Below are positions 45,555-55,691 of a stretch of 64,000 bases of DNA, piece by piece. Below the pieces are notes generated by a model. The model was not told the DNA's origin, made no database searches, and was given only the letters and a program-made list of their open reading frames with translations. The stretch is from IMG/VR virus record IMGVR_UViG_3300026521_000471, positions 62,001 through 126,000 of that record. One strand, given 5' to 3'. Position 1 is the stretch's first letter; the number at the start of each line of letters is the position of its first letter. The translations under genes were made by a program, and so were the position numbers.

Positions 45555-48035
45555 ATGAACGCAGATTTAGAAAAAACACATAGTACCTTACCAGCACACC
45601 CTGTTGGGCAGGCTATAACTACGAAAACCAAAGTAATAGAATTTGCTGAAAAAATCGTAAATTCTCAACTAGGAGAAATTACTGGCGCATTCATAGATAC
45701 CGATACAATGCACCTTTGTTTAAAATATTCAAGTAGTAAAACTGCTCTCACAGCAAAAATGAATAATAAAAAAGAAGATATTTTAACCCCTATTTTCTTA
45801 AAAGCAAAAGGTAAAAATATTCAAGATTATACCTTTAATGTAATTCTAAACTCATCCGATAGTTCAACAAAAATACGTACAGATGCAGCATTAATTGAAC
45901 ATGGAATATTATATGCTATTGAATCAAAATTTTCTGAATCCATTTCAGAAAAAAAGATTATTGATCTATTGAATGAACTTCGTAATAAACACTTGAAAAG
46001 TTTTTATACAGCTTTAAAAGATGACAAACTATATCTTAATTTAGTAAAACAAAATTACATGCCTGTAACAGATATTATAATGACTGGCAAAATAATAGAA
46101 AACCCAATATTACTTGAAGCTTATGCTGATGAAGCATATATAAGTGAGATGGATATTCTGGATATTATAGAAAAATTTGGTCACTATATGCGCTCATACA
46201 AAATGAAACTCAAAGAGGGTGTTAATATCAATGATGATATATTTGATGATAAATCAAAAATGGTAAAGCCACAATTTGTAGAATTTGAATATATATCAGA
46301 CCACCTATATAATTTATTTGATGTAGAAATTGCTGCTAGAATCGATACATCTTCTACCGAACCAATAAGTGCTATTACTCATATGAAATTAGAAAAAGCA
46401 TTTGAAATGATTGGACAAAATGGTAATGTTGAAGATGGTCTAGGTAATAATAGAGCGAAGAAAAAGTGGAATGATCCGGCTAGAATTGGTTTATTTTATG
46501 ATCAACTAAACACTTATATAAATGAAATGGAATCAGGGTCATTTAATCATCATGCCCGTCACGATGCGTACGTAACAGCGACAAAACAACGTACTCTACT
46601 CTATAGACATTTTGAAGAACATATAACTAAAGATTTTGAGATAGATAAAGTTAGTGGTAAGTTGAAAGAAGTAAAAGTTAAATCAATTACTCCTTCAAAC
46701 ACTAAACTTATAATTAGTTCAGGGAATATAACTGTTGCTAATTCGCAGCATTTAGTTGAAAATAGATTACTCATAAAACAGTTGGCTTATTATTTTATCG
46801 AAACATCAATATATGGCAAATTTCATTATAATCCATGGGAACGTGATGAATTAATTAAAGAAGTTTATGATTGCAATAAAGGTTTGATTGATAAAGTTTT
46901 AGATAGATTTAAAGAACATTTTTTATCAAAAAAATTCAAAGATACTGATAAATCAAAAATAAAAGAGATGATTGAAAGATGGGGCGATGATAGAATCCCT
47001 GTAAGATTTGTAACTGAAGAGGGTGATATAATCAACCAATTTATAACTTCATCAAATACAGGTTTATCGGCTACAAAAAACCAAGAAATACTAGCTCCAT
47101 ATAAAACAGAGCAAAATACTATTAGAAGTATTATAGCCGATTATCAGATTGATAATAAAAATATTTCATTAGCATTAACACATAGTGATATTAGAAAAAT
47201 TTCTGCTAAGTTAAATTATAATGAAAATATAATAACATTAGTTAATCTTATATCTGATAATCCTCTGTATTGGGATGATGAACAGAAAAAAACAAAAATC
47301 GATTCTATGAACACAGTTGATTGTACTTATACAGTATCACTCACTAAAAAAATGGCTAAATCCTTTGCCCAATTATTTATTAAGGGTGATGATAAACTTC
47401 AAGATAACTTGTTAAAGTATGAAAAACTTATAGAGACAGAATTGGCTAAAGACGACTACGATGAATTGATACTAAAATCATTTGAAAATAGCGTCGCCGA
47501 TTTAAAAAGCCAATTAGAAGGACATTACAGTCATCATAGACTATTCCATTTGAAAAAATATGCCCACCTACAATTAGAAGCTATTATTAAGGTCATTAAT
47601 GTTTTTGAAAAAGTATATAAAATGGACCAATATAATGAACGTATGAGAGATTTGACAATTGCAAGCAACGATAATACTGTGTTAGTTTCAGAACACGACT
47701 ATACTAAAGGTCGCTTGGTCGGTTTATTCTTTAATGCTTTAAAAATATTAAAAACTAAAAAAGCCAATTATTGGCATGATGAAGATGAAATGATTCGATA
47801 TTTTAAATTGTTTATAGAAACCCTAGAAGATGTCCGATTATTATATAGAAATATTAATGGCGACATTGTAACGGTAACAAAATTATTCAAAGAGACCATA
47901 TATCCTAAGAATATAGATACCAACAATAGTAATATTGTATTATCTACCTTTAAAGTATCAGTAACCGATCTTACAGATAATATTATAAAAGTGTTTAAAT
48001 CGAAAATAATAAATACTAATCAAAATAATGTATAA
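45555..48035 (+). CDS. Large hypothetical protein (826 aa)
   Basis: Long ORF with its own promoter; no motif I can assign firmly. Confidence 0.75.
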   Translation: MNADLEKTHSTLPAHPVGQAITTKTKVIEFAEKIVNSQLGEITGAFIDTDTMHLCLKYSSSKTALTAKMNNKKEDILTPIFLKAKGKNIQDYTFNVILNSSDSSTKIRTDAALIEHGILYAIESKFSESISEKKIIDLLNELRNKHLKSFYTALKDDKLYLNLVKQNYMPVTDIIMTGKIIENPILLEAYADEAYISEMDILDIIEKFGHYMRSYKMKLKEGVNINDDIFDDKSKMVKPQFVEFEYISDHLYNLFDVEIAARIDTSSTEPISAITHMKLEKAFEMIGQNGNVEDGLGNNRAKKKWNDPARIGLFYDQLNTYINEMESGSFNHHARHDAYVTATKQRTLLYRHFEEHITKDFEIDKVSGKLKEVKVKSITPSNTKLIISSGNITVANSQHLVENRLLIKQLAYYFIETSIYGKFHYNPWERDELIKEVYDCNKGLIDKVLDRFKEHFLSKKFKDTDKSKIKEMIERWGDDRIPVRFVTEEGDIINQFITSSNTGLSATKNQEILAPYKTEQNTIRSIIADYQIDNKNISLALTHSDIRKISAKLNYNENIITLVNLISDNPLYWDDEQKKTKIDSMNTVDCTYTVSLTKKMAKSFAQLFIKGDDKLQDNLLKYEKLIETELAKDDYDELILKSFENSVADLKSQLEGHYSHHRLFHLKKYAHLQLEAIIKVINVFEKVYKMDQYNERMRDLTIASNDNTVLVSEHDYTKGRLVGLFFNALKILKTKKANYWHDEDEMIRYFKLFIETLEDVRLLYRNINGDIVTVTKLFKETIYPKNIDTNNSNIVLSTFKVSVTDLTDNIIKVFKSKIINTNQNNV

Positions 48036-48059
48036 TTATTAATAAAAAGGATAACTGAT

Positions 48060-48413
48060 ATGGCTGTTAAGCAATTAAATAATTTTGTATGGATTACAAC
48101 GAGTTTTGAGGGGTTTCATAAATACCCCGATGCTCCTGAAGAGGTTTCATTTTTAAAAGAAAGACACAGACATATATTCAAACTTAAAATTTGGATTGAA
48201 GTATTTCATAATGATAGAGACATTGAATTTATTCTTTTTAAAAGATTTATTGATTCATTAATAGTTGAAAATGAAATGGATTATAAATCATGTGAAATGA
48301 TTTCTGATGATCTCGCAAATTGGATTAATGAAAAATTTCCAAAGCGGACTATAAAAATTGAAGTTTCTGAAGATGGAGAAAATGGCTCTTATAAAGAATA
48401 TGAAGCTATATAG
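48060..48413 (+). CDS. QueD-like T-fold protein
   Basis: FEGFH.YP.AP, HRHIF, DRDIEF, SCEM, SEDGENG phage QueD-paralog pattern. Confidence 0.75.
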   Translation: MAVKQLNNFVWITTSFEGFHKYPDAPEEVSFLKERHRHIFKLKIWIEVFHNDRDIEFILFKRFIDSLIVENEMDYKSCEMISDDLANWINEKFPKRTIKIEVSEDGENGSYKEYEAI

Positions 48414-48421
48414 GTTTAGAC

Positions 48422-49510
48422 ATGAAAAATATTTTTTTAGTTGATATTGAATATATACCAACCCGTTATTCTTCACAATGGAAAGAATGGATTCCAGAAG
48501 AAATTAATAAATCCGAGTTATTAAATTGTGTTGTAATAGATGGTCCGGATAACAAAGATTATGAAACAACCCCTGGTGGGTTTTTCAATTTCTTTGAAAC
48601 TAATTTATATAAAATGGTGCAAGGGCAAAAAATAGCAAAACTCTTTATGGAAGATAAAGTCAATGATGGTGATATATTCTTATTTACTGATGGTTGGCAT
48701 CCTGCAGTAATATCTTTAAGACAAATGATAAATCTCTCTAAGAAAAAAATTAAAATGATGGGTATGTTTCATGCTGGGGCTTATGACCCAGCAGATATAT
48801 TGGGACAAACTTGCAGAGATAATTTTTTAAATATTGAATTAGGTTACTTAGATTGCTTAGATACGGCTATATTTGCTACTAAATTTAGTAAACAACTTAT
48901 GCTTGACAATCTTATTATTGATGATGTGAAAAAAAATGAATTAGATAAAAAAATGGTAGTGACAGGTTTCCCATATAATTTTGATCATTTATATCAAAGT
49001 AAAAATAAATCTAACAATATTTTATTTCCTCACAGAATAAGTCCAGAAAAACATATTGAACTTTTTAGAAAAAAAGATAAAATATCAGAACAATACAACA
49101 CTATTGAGGAATTACTTCCCAATTTTGAAGCAATTGTTACTTTAGAAATAACAAAAAATAAAGATGAGTTTCATGAATTATTAGCTAACTCAAAATATAG
49201 TGTTAGTTTCGCAGATCAAGAAACTTGGGGCATTTCAGTATTTGAATCATTAATGAGTGGATGCTTGCCAATTATACCAAATAAATTAAGTTATAATGAA
49301 ATGTATTCAGATGAACTTAAATATGATCCATATGATGAAAATGGTAATGAAGATATATATAACTGGCCTATAAAAGTTAAAAAAGTTATTGACCGTTTAG
49401 AACAATTAACACTAGAAGATAAACAAAAAATAATAGATAAAAATATAAAATATTTAAAAGAATATTATTGTACTTTTGAGTATATTTTAGATTTACTAAT
49501 TATAGGATAG
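48422..49510 (+). CDS. Glycosyltransferase (commonly paired with the QueD-like gene in phages)
   Basis: TRYSSQW, DGWHP, HAGAYDP, FPHRISPEK, QETWGIS..E. Confidence 0.8.
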   Translation: MKNIFLVDIEYIPTRYSSQWKEWIPEEINKSELLNCVVIDGPDNKDYETTPGGFFNFFETNLYKMVQGQKIAKLFMEDKVNDGDIFLFTDGWHPAVISLRQMINLSKKKIKMMGMFHAGAYDPADILGQTCRDNFLNIELGYLDCLDTAIFATKFSKQLMLDNLIIDDVKKNELDKKMVVTGFPYNFDHLYQSKNKSNNILFPHRISPEKHIELFRKKDKISEQYNTIEELLPNFEAIVTLEITKNKDEFHELLANSKYSVSFADQETWGISVFESLMSGCLPIIPNKLSYNEMYSDELKYDPYDENGNEDIYNWPIKVKKVIDRLEQLTLEDKQKIIDKNIKYLKEYYCTFEYILDLLIIG

Positions 49511-49803
49511 AGTCCATCTAATTTCAAAGTTAAATTCAAGACTATTATCGAATACAGGATATGAATTTAACTTAATTTTTATTAAATTCCTTTTGCAACG
49601 TCTATTTAGATTTAACTCCATTAAATCTAATTTTTAATAGCTTTATAATTCACCCCCCACTTATTTTCTTATAAATATTTTTTAATATTTCTACTATTTT
49701 ATCATAATATCATTTATCATATTAAAATAGGATTTTGACTTTTTTTGTATAATATTATCTATACAAATTCACTCAATAAAAGAGTTACCAAGGATAAAAA
49801 ATT

Positions 49804-51350
49804 ATGACACAAAATAATATTTCAAATATTAAATCTACTATCGAGAATGATCCAAAAGGATTGAAATTAGAGCTTGTAATTTCGGGCATACCTTAGGCTA
49901 CTTTAAATTAAGAAGTCAGCACGATGATTTATTTAGAATTACAGCATTATCTTTACGAAAATGCCTAGACTATATTGAAGAAAAATTACCAGGCAATGTT
50001 TTATTACAGGGTCTATTCAATGCATACACAGAGGAAGTCATGGCTCGTAGAGCAAGTGAAGAATCAATTAATGTACCGTTCAAATCTATCTTCCCACATG
50101 GATTGCATGCTGATTCAGGTGGTTTACAAATGGTTACTTTAGGTAAGGGTACTGTTGAAAAAGAAGATAGACTTAAAATCTATGAAACACAAAGTAAGTA
50201 TGCTGATTATGCTATGAGCTTTGATGAAATTCCTGCAGTATTTATTGATGATGTTAAATACTATATGCAAAGTCTAATTGAAGAAAAAGGTATTGAGTCA
50301 GGTAATAATCTCAGGGAACAATTTGATTATTTTGCTACAACCGATTCAACTTGTAGAATTGTACCCATCGTACAAGGTTGGGGGATAAAAGACACAAATA
50401 CATTCGCTAAAGGATTATTTGCACAATTTACTGATGAAGAAAAAAGCAAAATGGATATTTTTGCTTCGGGTTTCCAAAGTACATCTGTTTATGCATCGGC
50501 GAAAAGGGCATTCGACTTATACAGAGTTGAGTCAATACCTGAAAATGCTAAACAACATCTGCACCTTTTAGGGGTAACAGGTTTTAAAAGGTTAATACCT
50601 ATTTTGATACTAATCAAAAATAATATGACTGAGGGTTTAAAATCTCTATCATTTGATTCGGTTACACTTTCTATGAGTTATGTTATGGGTGGCACTGTTC
50701 CTTCTGTTGATGATTTTAAAAATGGTAAGGGCAAAATAAAATTAGGTAAAAAACGTAATAAAGATGTGGATGCTTATTGGCAAGAAATTTTTGATTTTTG
50801 GAAAGACGATCCAGAATTCCCTTTTGATGATTTAAATGATATGATGGAACATAGCTATTATAATTCAAATGGATTAACTAGTGGTTACCAACAATATGAG
50901 CATTTTTTACAAGCTGATGAAGATGGCAATTTTACTAAAAAAAATAAAAAAATAGCTGATTTTCATTTTGCTAAAGTATTGAAGCAAGAGCAGTATTATA
51001 TTTTATATCAAGTTCATAATTATGTACAAATATTAGAATCCTTTTTAGAAGATGATATTAAACTTGAGCATATTTTTAAAGGTAAAGATCTAGTATTATT
51101 CCAAGCTTTAGAAAAAGTTACAACTGATGATGATTTTAATGATTGGTATGAATACCTTAAAAAATCTACAGGTTTTTCAATTTTAACTATGAATTCTGAA
51201 GCAAAATCATCAGAGGAAACAACTAATTTATTATTTGATGACTCAAATAACGAACCTATAAAAGAAAGAAAAAAACAACCATCTAGAGTAGCTAAAAAAC
51301 CGACTAAAGTAGAAGAAGATAATATTGATGCTATGAATGATTTATTTTAA
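49804..51350 (+). CDS. TGT-fold transglycosylase paralog 4, with a -1 frameshift near 49885-49893
   Basis: 49804-49896 encodes LELVISG and the 50040 frame extends upstream through LFNAYTEE, both conserved in the paralogs; HADSGGLQ, FDEIP, HLHLLG, SFDS; ends MNDLF*. Confidence 0.75.
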
Positions 51351-51405
51351 TTATTATTTAAGGGAATTCTTCTTATAATAGATTTAATTATACTAAAGGA
51401 TTTAA

Positions 51406-51726
51406 ATGAATTTTTATATTGAATTTTATAAACGTGTTGATGAAAGAGTTAATCATACATTAACAGGATTTTTACTTTTACTCGAAAGTATTTTATTAGG
51501 AATAATTTTATATTTTACAATTTTTACAAGTGATACAAATGCATGGGTACTAACTTTTATTATAGCATGGCTTATGTCATTACTTATTAATGTTACTCTA
51601 TTTGGTGTGTTTGTAATGATTAAGCATTTTTTAAAATGGATTAATACCGATTTAAAAAATGCTATAAATGAAACTCATGCGTCATTTGGTACTATACCTA
51701 GTAAACATGGTAGAATTAAATTTTAA
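51406..51726 (+). CDS. Two-TM membrane protein
   Basis: Hydrophobic segments; own promoter at 51358. Confidence 0.6.
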   Translation: MNFYIEFYKRVDERVNHTLTGFLLLLESILLGIILYFTIFTSDTNAWVLTFIIAWLMSLLINVTLFGVFVMIKHFLKWINTDLKNAINETHASFGTIPSKHGRIKF

Positions 51727-51733
51727 ATTATAA

Positions 51734-52018
51734 ATGAAATATCTTATAATAGAAGAGACCTTATTAATTGCCAAAGTTGAGAAAATATCTCATGGGTTTA
51801 ATTCTACAAGTGTAGTATATAGAAATCCAATTTCCGATAAAGTTTCAGAAACTACTTGGCCTACATATCATGCTAAAAAAATATTATTTGAAACATTTAT
51901 TGATGCAATAGCATATATTATAAAACATTTAGATAAGACATCTAATCTTGAGTTTAAACAACGAGTATTTGAGTATGAGTATATTCTATTAAACAACTAT
52001 CCGGAGAAATTATTATGA
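51734..52018 (+). CDS. Hypothetical protein, C-terminal tag YPEKLL*
   Basis: ORF track. Confidence 0.65.
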   Translation: MKYLIIEETLLIAKVEKISHGFNSTSVVYRNPISDKVSETTWPTYHAKKILFETFIDAIAYIIKHLDKTSNLEFKQRVFEYEYILLNNYPEKLL

Positions 52019-52542
52019 AATATACACAAAAAGGCCTAATGCGCTTTTTTAGAGATAATGAGGTATCTGAAATTGAGGTCTTTATAAGTTATGTTGGAGA
52101 TTATAGAAAAAATGGACGTAAAACTATATCGACCTTGTTTACTATTATCAATCCTCAAAAAATTATTATTAAAGAATCTATTTTCGGAAAAATACTATTT
52201 GATGATATTGATGATGAAGATACTAGTAAAGCCTCTGCTCTTTTTGGATTTGATATAAATCGCAGTAATAATCCATTATATCCTAATGATGGTAGCATTA
52301 TTAATAATTTTGATACTCACTCAGATATATTAGATATAAATAATAATAAATTCGATTTTGATGGAGATTTAATTAATAGAATTTTCTTCTTCACAAAAAA
52401 AGAGGAAGCAGAAATACACTTCGTTAAGTTACTTAATCATTACCTTAAAGGGGTTGGGTTAAGCGAAGCATTATCAGAAAGAGATAAAATTTTAAATAAA
52501 TTAAAGGATACAAATCCCGAAAAGATTTTAGAATTGATTTAA
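52015..52542 (+). CDS. Hypothetical protein (ends NPEKILELI*)
   Basis: ORF track; ATGA overlap. Confidence 0.65.
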   Translation: MKYTQKGLMRFFRDNEVSEIEVFISYVGDYRKNGRKTISTLFTIINPQKIIIKESIFGKILFDDIDDEDTSKASALFGFDINRSNNPLYPNDGSIINNFDTHSDILDINNNKFDFDGDLINRIFFFTKKEEAEIHFVKLLNHYLKGVGLSEALSERDKILNKLKDTNPEKILELI

Positions 52543-52640
52543 GTTATCTTTAAATAGATTTTTTGTATAATAAATAAAACAAAATTCATACTGTTATTGG
52601 ATTCAACTAAAGTTGAAAGGAATAACAAAGGAGAACACTT

Positions 52641-54005
52641 ATGATTAATTTTAAAACACTTCAAACTGATTTCTATCAGATTTCAATGGCTTTCGCTTAT
52701 GTACTTTCAAATAAAGCAAATGTAACAACTGGTTTTGAGGGCTTTGTAAGAAATGTAAAAGCGGCTGTAAACCCAAACAGAGATTTTTATATCTTTAGTG
52801 GAGAGCAGGAAGTAAAAGACTACATCGAAACTGTAAAAAAAGAAATCAGAGACCCACAATTCATAGAAACTTTTATTGAGCTTATAGAACCTAAAATAAC
52901 TGCTAAGAATAAAGAGGATCTTATTCAAGAATTTAGAGAAAAATGGAAAACTCTTGATTTTGATTTTGAGTATAACGTAGTTGCAGAAGGCTCTATTGTA
53001 TTTCCTTTTGTACCTGTTTTTCAATATAAAGGACCTAAAATTTGGGGGCAACTTATTGAAACTTATGTTACAAATATTTACAACGGTAAAACAGCATTTG
53101 CTACTCTTAAAAAACTTAAAGAAGAAGATAAAGCATTTGTAACAGATAGTGAATTTATTTTCATTAAAGGTATTATGGAAAATAATCCTTTTGCTATAAA
53201 TGAATACACTAAAAATCTTGAGAGAACTGCTGAGGAATTTAGAAAGTCAACAGATAAAATCCTTCTTGAAGCAGCATTTAGAAGAGCACCAACAAAAATT
53301 ATAGCAGATGTAGCATCTAATGTAGCTATTAGTAAAGGTTGGGATGGTACTTCAAATGTTTCAAATGTTCTTAATGGTATGATTACAGCTGATAAAGTTG
53401 GTGGTACAATGGCTCATGCTTTTGTAATGAGTTTTGAAAATGAAAGAGATGCCTTTAAAGCATGGGATAGAATCTTTCCTGGAACAACAATGCTTATCGA
53501 TACTTATGACGTTGAAAATGCAGCAAAAATGATTAAAGAGATGGTTGATAACGGTGAGATAACTAAACCGAACGATCTTAGAATTGATAGTGACCCTATT
53601 GATGATTACTGTAAACTCGTTTACGATATTTTTGATAATGCTATTGGTATCTTTGTAAGTGGCGATATGGACACAGAAAAATTTGAAATCCTAGATGGAC
53701 AAAATATTCCATATAGTAAAGCTATGGCTGGAACAAAATATGTTTATGAAAACTATATCGCATCAAAACTTAATAGTGGTTTTGTTTACAAAATCGTAGA
53801 GTACATTAATGAGGATGGGAAAACTATTAGACCTGAGAAAAAAGCAAATGGGAAATCAAATTACCCTGGACTTAAAATGGTAAGTTATGATGAGTTTAGA
53901 AATATTCTTACTATTTGGAATAATACAGATAAAGGACAGTTTGGGTTTTCAGGAATGAGTAAAATCAAACCAGATTCAAAAGTTGAATTCAAAACTTCTT
54001 CATAA
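52641..54005 (+). CDS. pncB: Nicotinate (or nicotinamide) phosphoribosyltransferase
   Basis: LQTDFYQISM, FRRA, GTMAHAFV, LIDTYD, LRIDS, SGD motifs. Confidence 0.8.
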   Translation: MINFKTLQTDFYQISMAFAYVLSNKANVTTGFEGFVRNVKAAVNPNRDFYIFSGEQEVKDYIETVKKEIRDPQFIETFIELIEPKITAKNKEDLIQEFREKWKTLDFDFEYNVVAEGSIVFPFVPVFQYKGPKIWGQLIETYVTNIYNGKTAFATLKKLKEEDKAFVTDSEFIFIKGIMENNPFAINEYTKNLERTAEEFRKSTDKILLEAAFRRAPTKIIADVASNVAISKGWDGTSNVSNVLNGMITADKVGGTMAHAFVMSFENERDAFKAWDRIFPGTTMLIDTYDVENAAKMIKEMVDNGEITKPNDLRIDSDPIDDYCKLVYDIFDNAIGIFVSGDMDTEKFEILDGQNIPYSKAMAGTKYVYENYIASKLNSGFVYKIVEYINEDGKTIRPEKKANGKSNYPGLKMVSYDEFRNILTIWNNTDKGQFGFSGMSKIKPDSKVEFKTSS

Positions 54006-54055
54006 AAAAATACCACTTCTTTATAAATATTAACATATAGAGAGGTGGGTCAAAT

Positions 54056-54805
54056 ATGTTAGCAAAAGTTACAAAAAAAGTAAAAAATTTCATTCAAAAT
54101 CTAGAAGTTGTTTCTCCTAAAGACTACAACAAATACTTTAATGACATTGCATTTGATATGGGTATAGAAACAAGCGAATTTGATTGTGATATGTCTAATG
54201 CTATTGATAAACATCGTGACACTTTAGAAGAAAATACATCTCTTGCTATAAATGCTATTAATACTCGTGATGTAAAAGCTCTAGAACTTGTAAACGATAA
54301 TATGAGTAAATTAAAAAAAGAAATTATAGAACTTAAAGAATTAGTATATAAAGACGAATTAACTCAAGTATATAATAGAAAATATATTACTGATAATATA
54401 TTATCTGGAGATTATTTTAAAATTAATGGTCTTATGGTTATTCTTGACATGAATAATCTTAAAAAAATCAATGATACCATTGGACATGTAGCTGGAGATA
54501 AGGCTATAATCTATCTTTCTAAAGAACTAAAGAATTTAACAGAAAATACTATTAGATTTGGAGGAGATGAATTTCTATTATTTTTTGATGACATTGATTT
54601 AGAAGATTGCTTCTTAAAACTACATAAATTACGTGAAAAAATAAGTACCAAAATATTTCGCTTTAAAGGTGTTGAATTTAATATTAGTTTTGCTTTCGCT
54701 GCTATAGCTATCGACCCATCAAAAAAATTCAAAGAAACTCTTGAAATTGTAGATAATGAAATGTATAAAGATAAAGAAAGAGTTAAAAATATGTTAAACA
54801 AATAA
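54056..54805 (+). CDS. Diguanylate cyclase (coiled coil + GGDEF)
   Basis: DELTQVYNR, D..NLKKINDTIGHVAGD, RFGGDEF, ADxxMY-like VDNEMYKDK. Confidence 0.9.
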   Translation: MLAKVTKKVKNFIQNLEVVSPKDYNKYFNDIAFDMGIETSEFDCDMSNAIDKHRDTLEENTSLAINAINTRDVKALELVNDNMSKLKKEIIELKELVYKDELTQVYNRKYITDNILSGDYFKINGLMVILDMNNLKKINDTIGHVAGDKAIIYLSKELKNLTENTIRFGGDEFLLFFDDIDLEDCFLKLHKLREKISTKIFRFKGVEFNISFAFAAIAIDPSKKFKETLEIVDNEMYKDKERVKNMLNK

Positions 54806-54860
54806 AAAAAATAATTTTATTTTAAGTTCTTCTTTGGTATAATCTTTAGAAGGATTTAAA

Positions 54861-55691
54861 ATGAATATACACTTTACAAATAAAAGTCTTTTTTACGATT
54901 TAAATAAACAATCAATAGCAACAGTAAAAGTTGGATCTCATATGTATGGTCTAAATAATGAACGTAGTGATATAGATTATCTATCAATTTATATAGAACC
55001 TATTAAAAATAGAGATAGTTTTATGTGGACTCATCACCAACTACAATTTAAAGACGATAAGATAGATTATAATTTTTCATCAATCCAAACTTTTATAAGA
55101 AATACTTTAACAGGTGATGCTACAATCAATTTTGAAGTAATTCATTCCAAAGATTTACTTCAAACTGATTTAGCATGGCTTTATGAATATAAAGATTTTT
55201 TTATAAATTACAATATAATTAAAAGTTATTTAGGATTAGCTAAACGAGATTTAAAATATTGGAATAAAGATACAAAAAATGCTAAATTTCATAATGGAGA
55301 ATCCAATAAAAAATTATCTCATTTTGTTAGAGGTGTTTTATTTGCTAAACTACTACTAGAAGATAATTTTGATTTTAATTTAGAAATTAAACATACTTTT
55401 TCAGAATTTAAATATAATGATTTAGAATTATTATCAAGAATAAAAAATGGTTCATTAGATTTTTCATTTGATTATCTTATATCGATTATTAGTTCATATA
55501 TGGAACAACTAAGAATTTTAAATAATAAAAAATTAGAAGAAGGAGCAATCCATAGATATATGAAAACCGATATTTTAGCAAAATTAGATATAGAGATCCA
55601 AAAAACAGTTGAAAAATTAGATACCGAGATCAATTTTTTAGATTATGATGATTTATTTTATAAAGCGTTAGAAGAAGGGGTTGAGTATTGA
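54861..55691 (+). CDS. Predicted nucleotidyltransferase
   Basis: VGSHMYGLN..RSDIDY motif. Confidence 0.8.
   Translation: MNIHFTNKSLFYDLNKQSIATVKVGSHMYGLNNERSDIDYLSIYIEPIKNRDSFMWTHHQLQFKDDKIDYNFSSIQTFIRNTLTGDATINFEVIHSKDLLQTDLAWLYEYKDFFINYNIIKSYLGLAKRDLKYWNKDTKNAKFHNGESNKKLSHFVRGVLFAKLLLEDNFDFNLEIKHTFSEFKYNDLELLSRIKNGSLDFSFDYLISIISSYMEQLRILNNKKLEEGAIHRYMKTDILAKLDIEIQKTVEKLDTEINFLDYDDLFYKALEEGVEY

Noticed and set aside
45555-48035. AIPR/ParB-like assignment for the 826-aa protein
   Set aside because: Resemblance rests on a short VANSQH segment; too weak without a profile search.
49894-49896. TAG read-through or alternative genetic code
   Set aside because: The downstream conserved sequence is in a different frame; TAG ends queE (38562) and paralog 2 (39929) normally; no suppressor tRNA is present.
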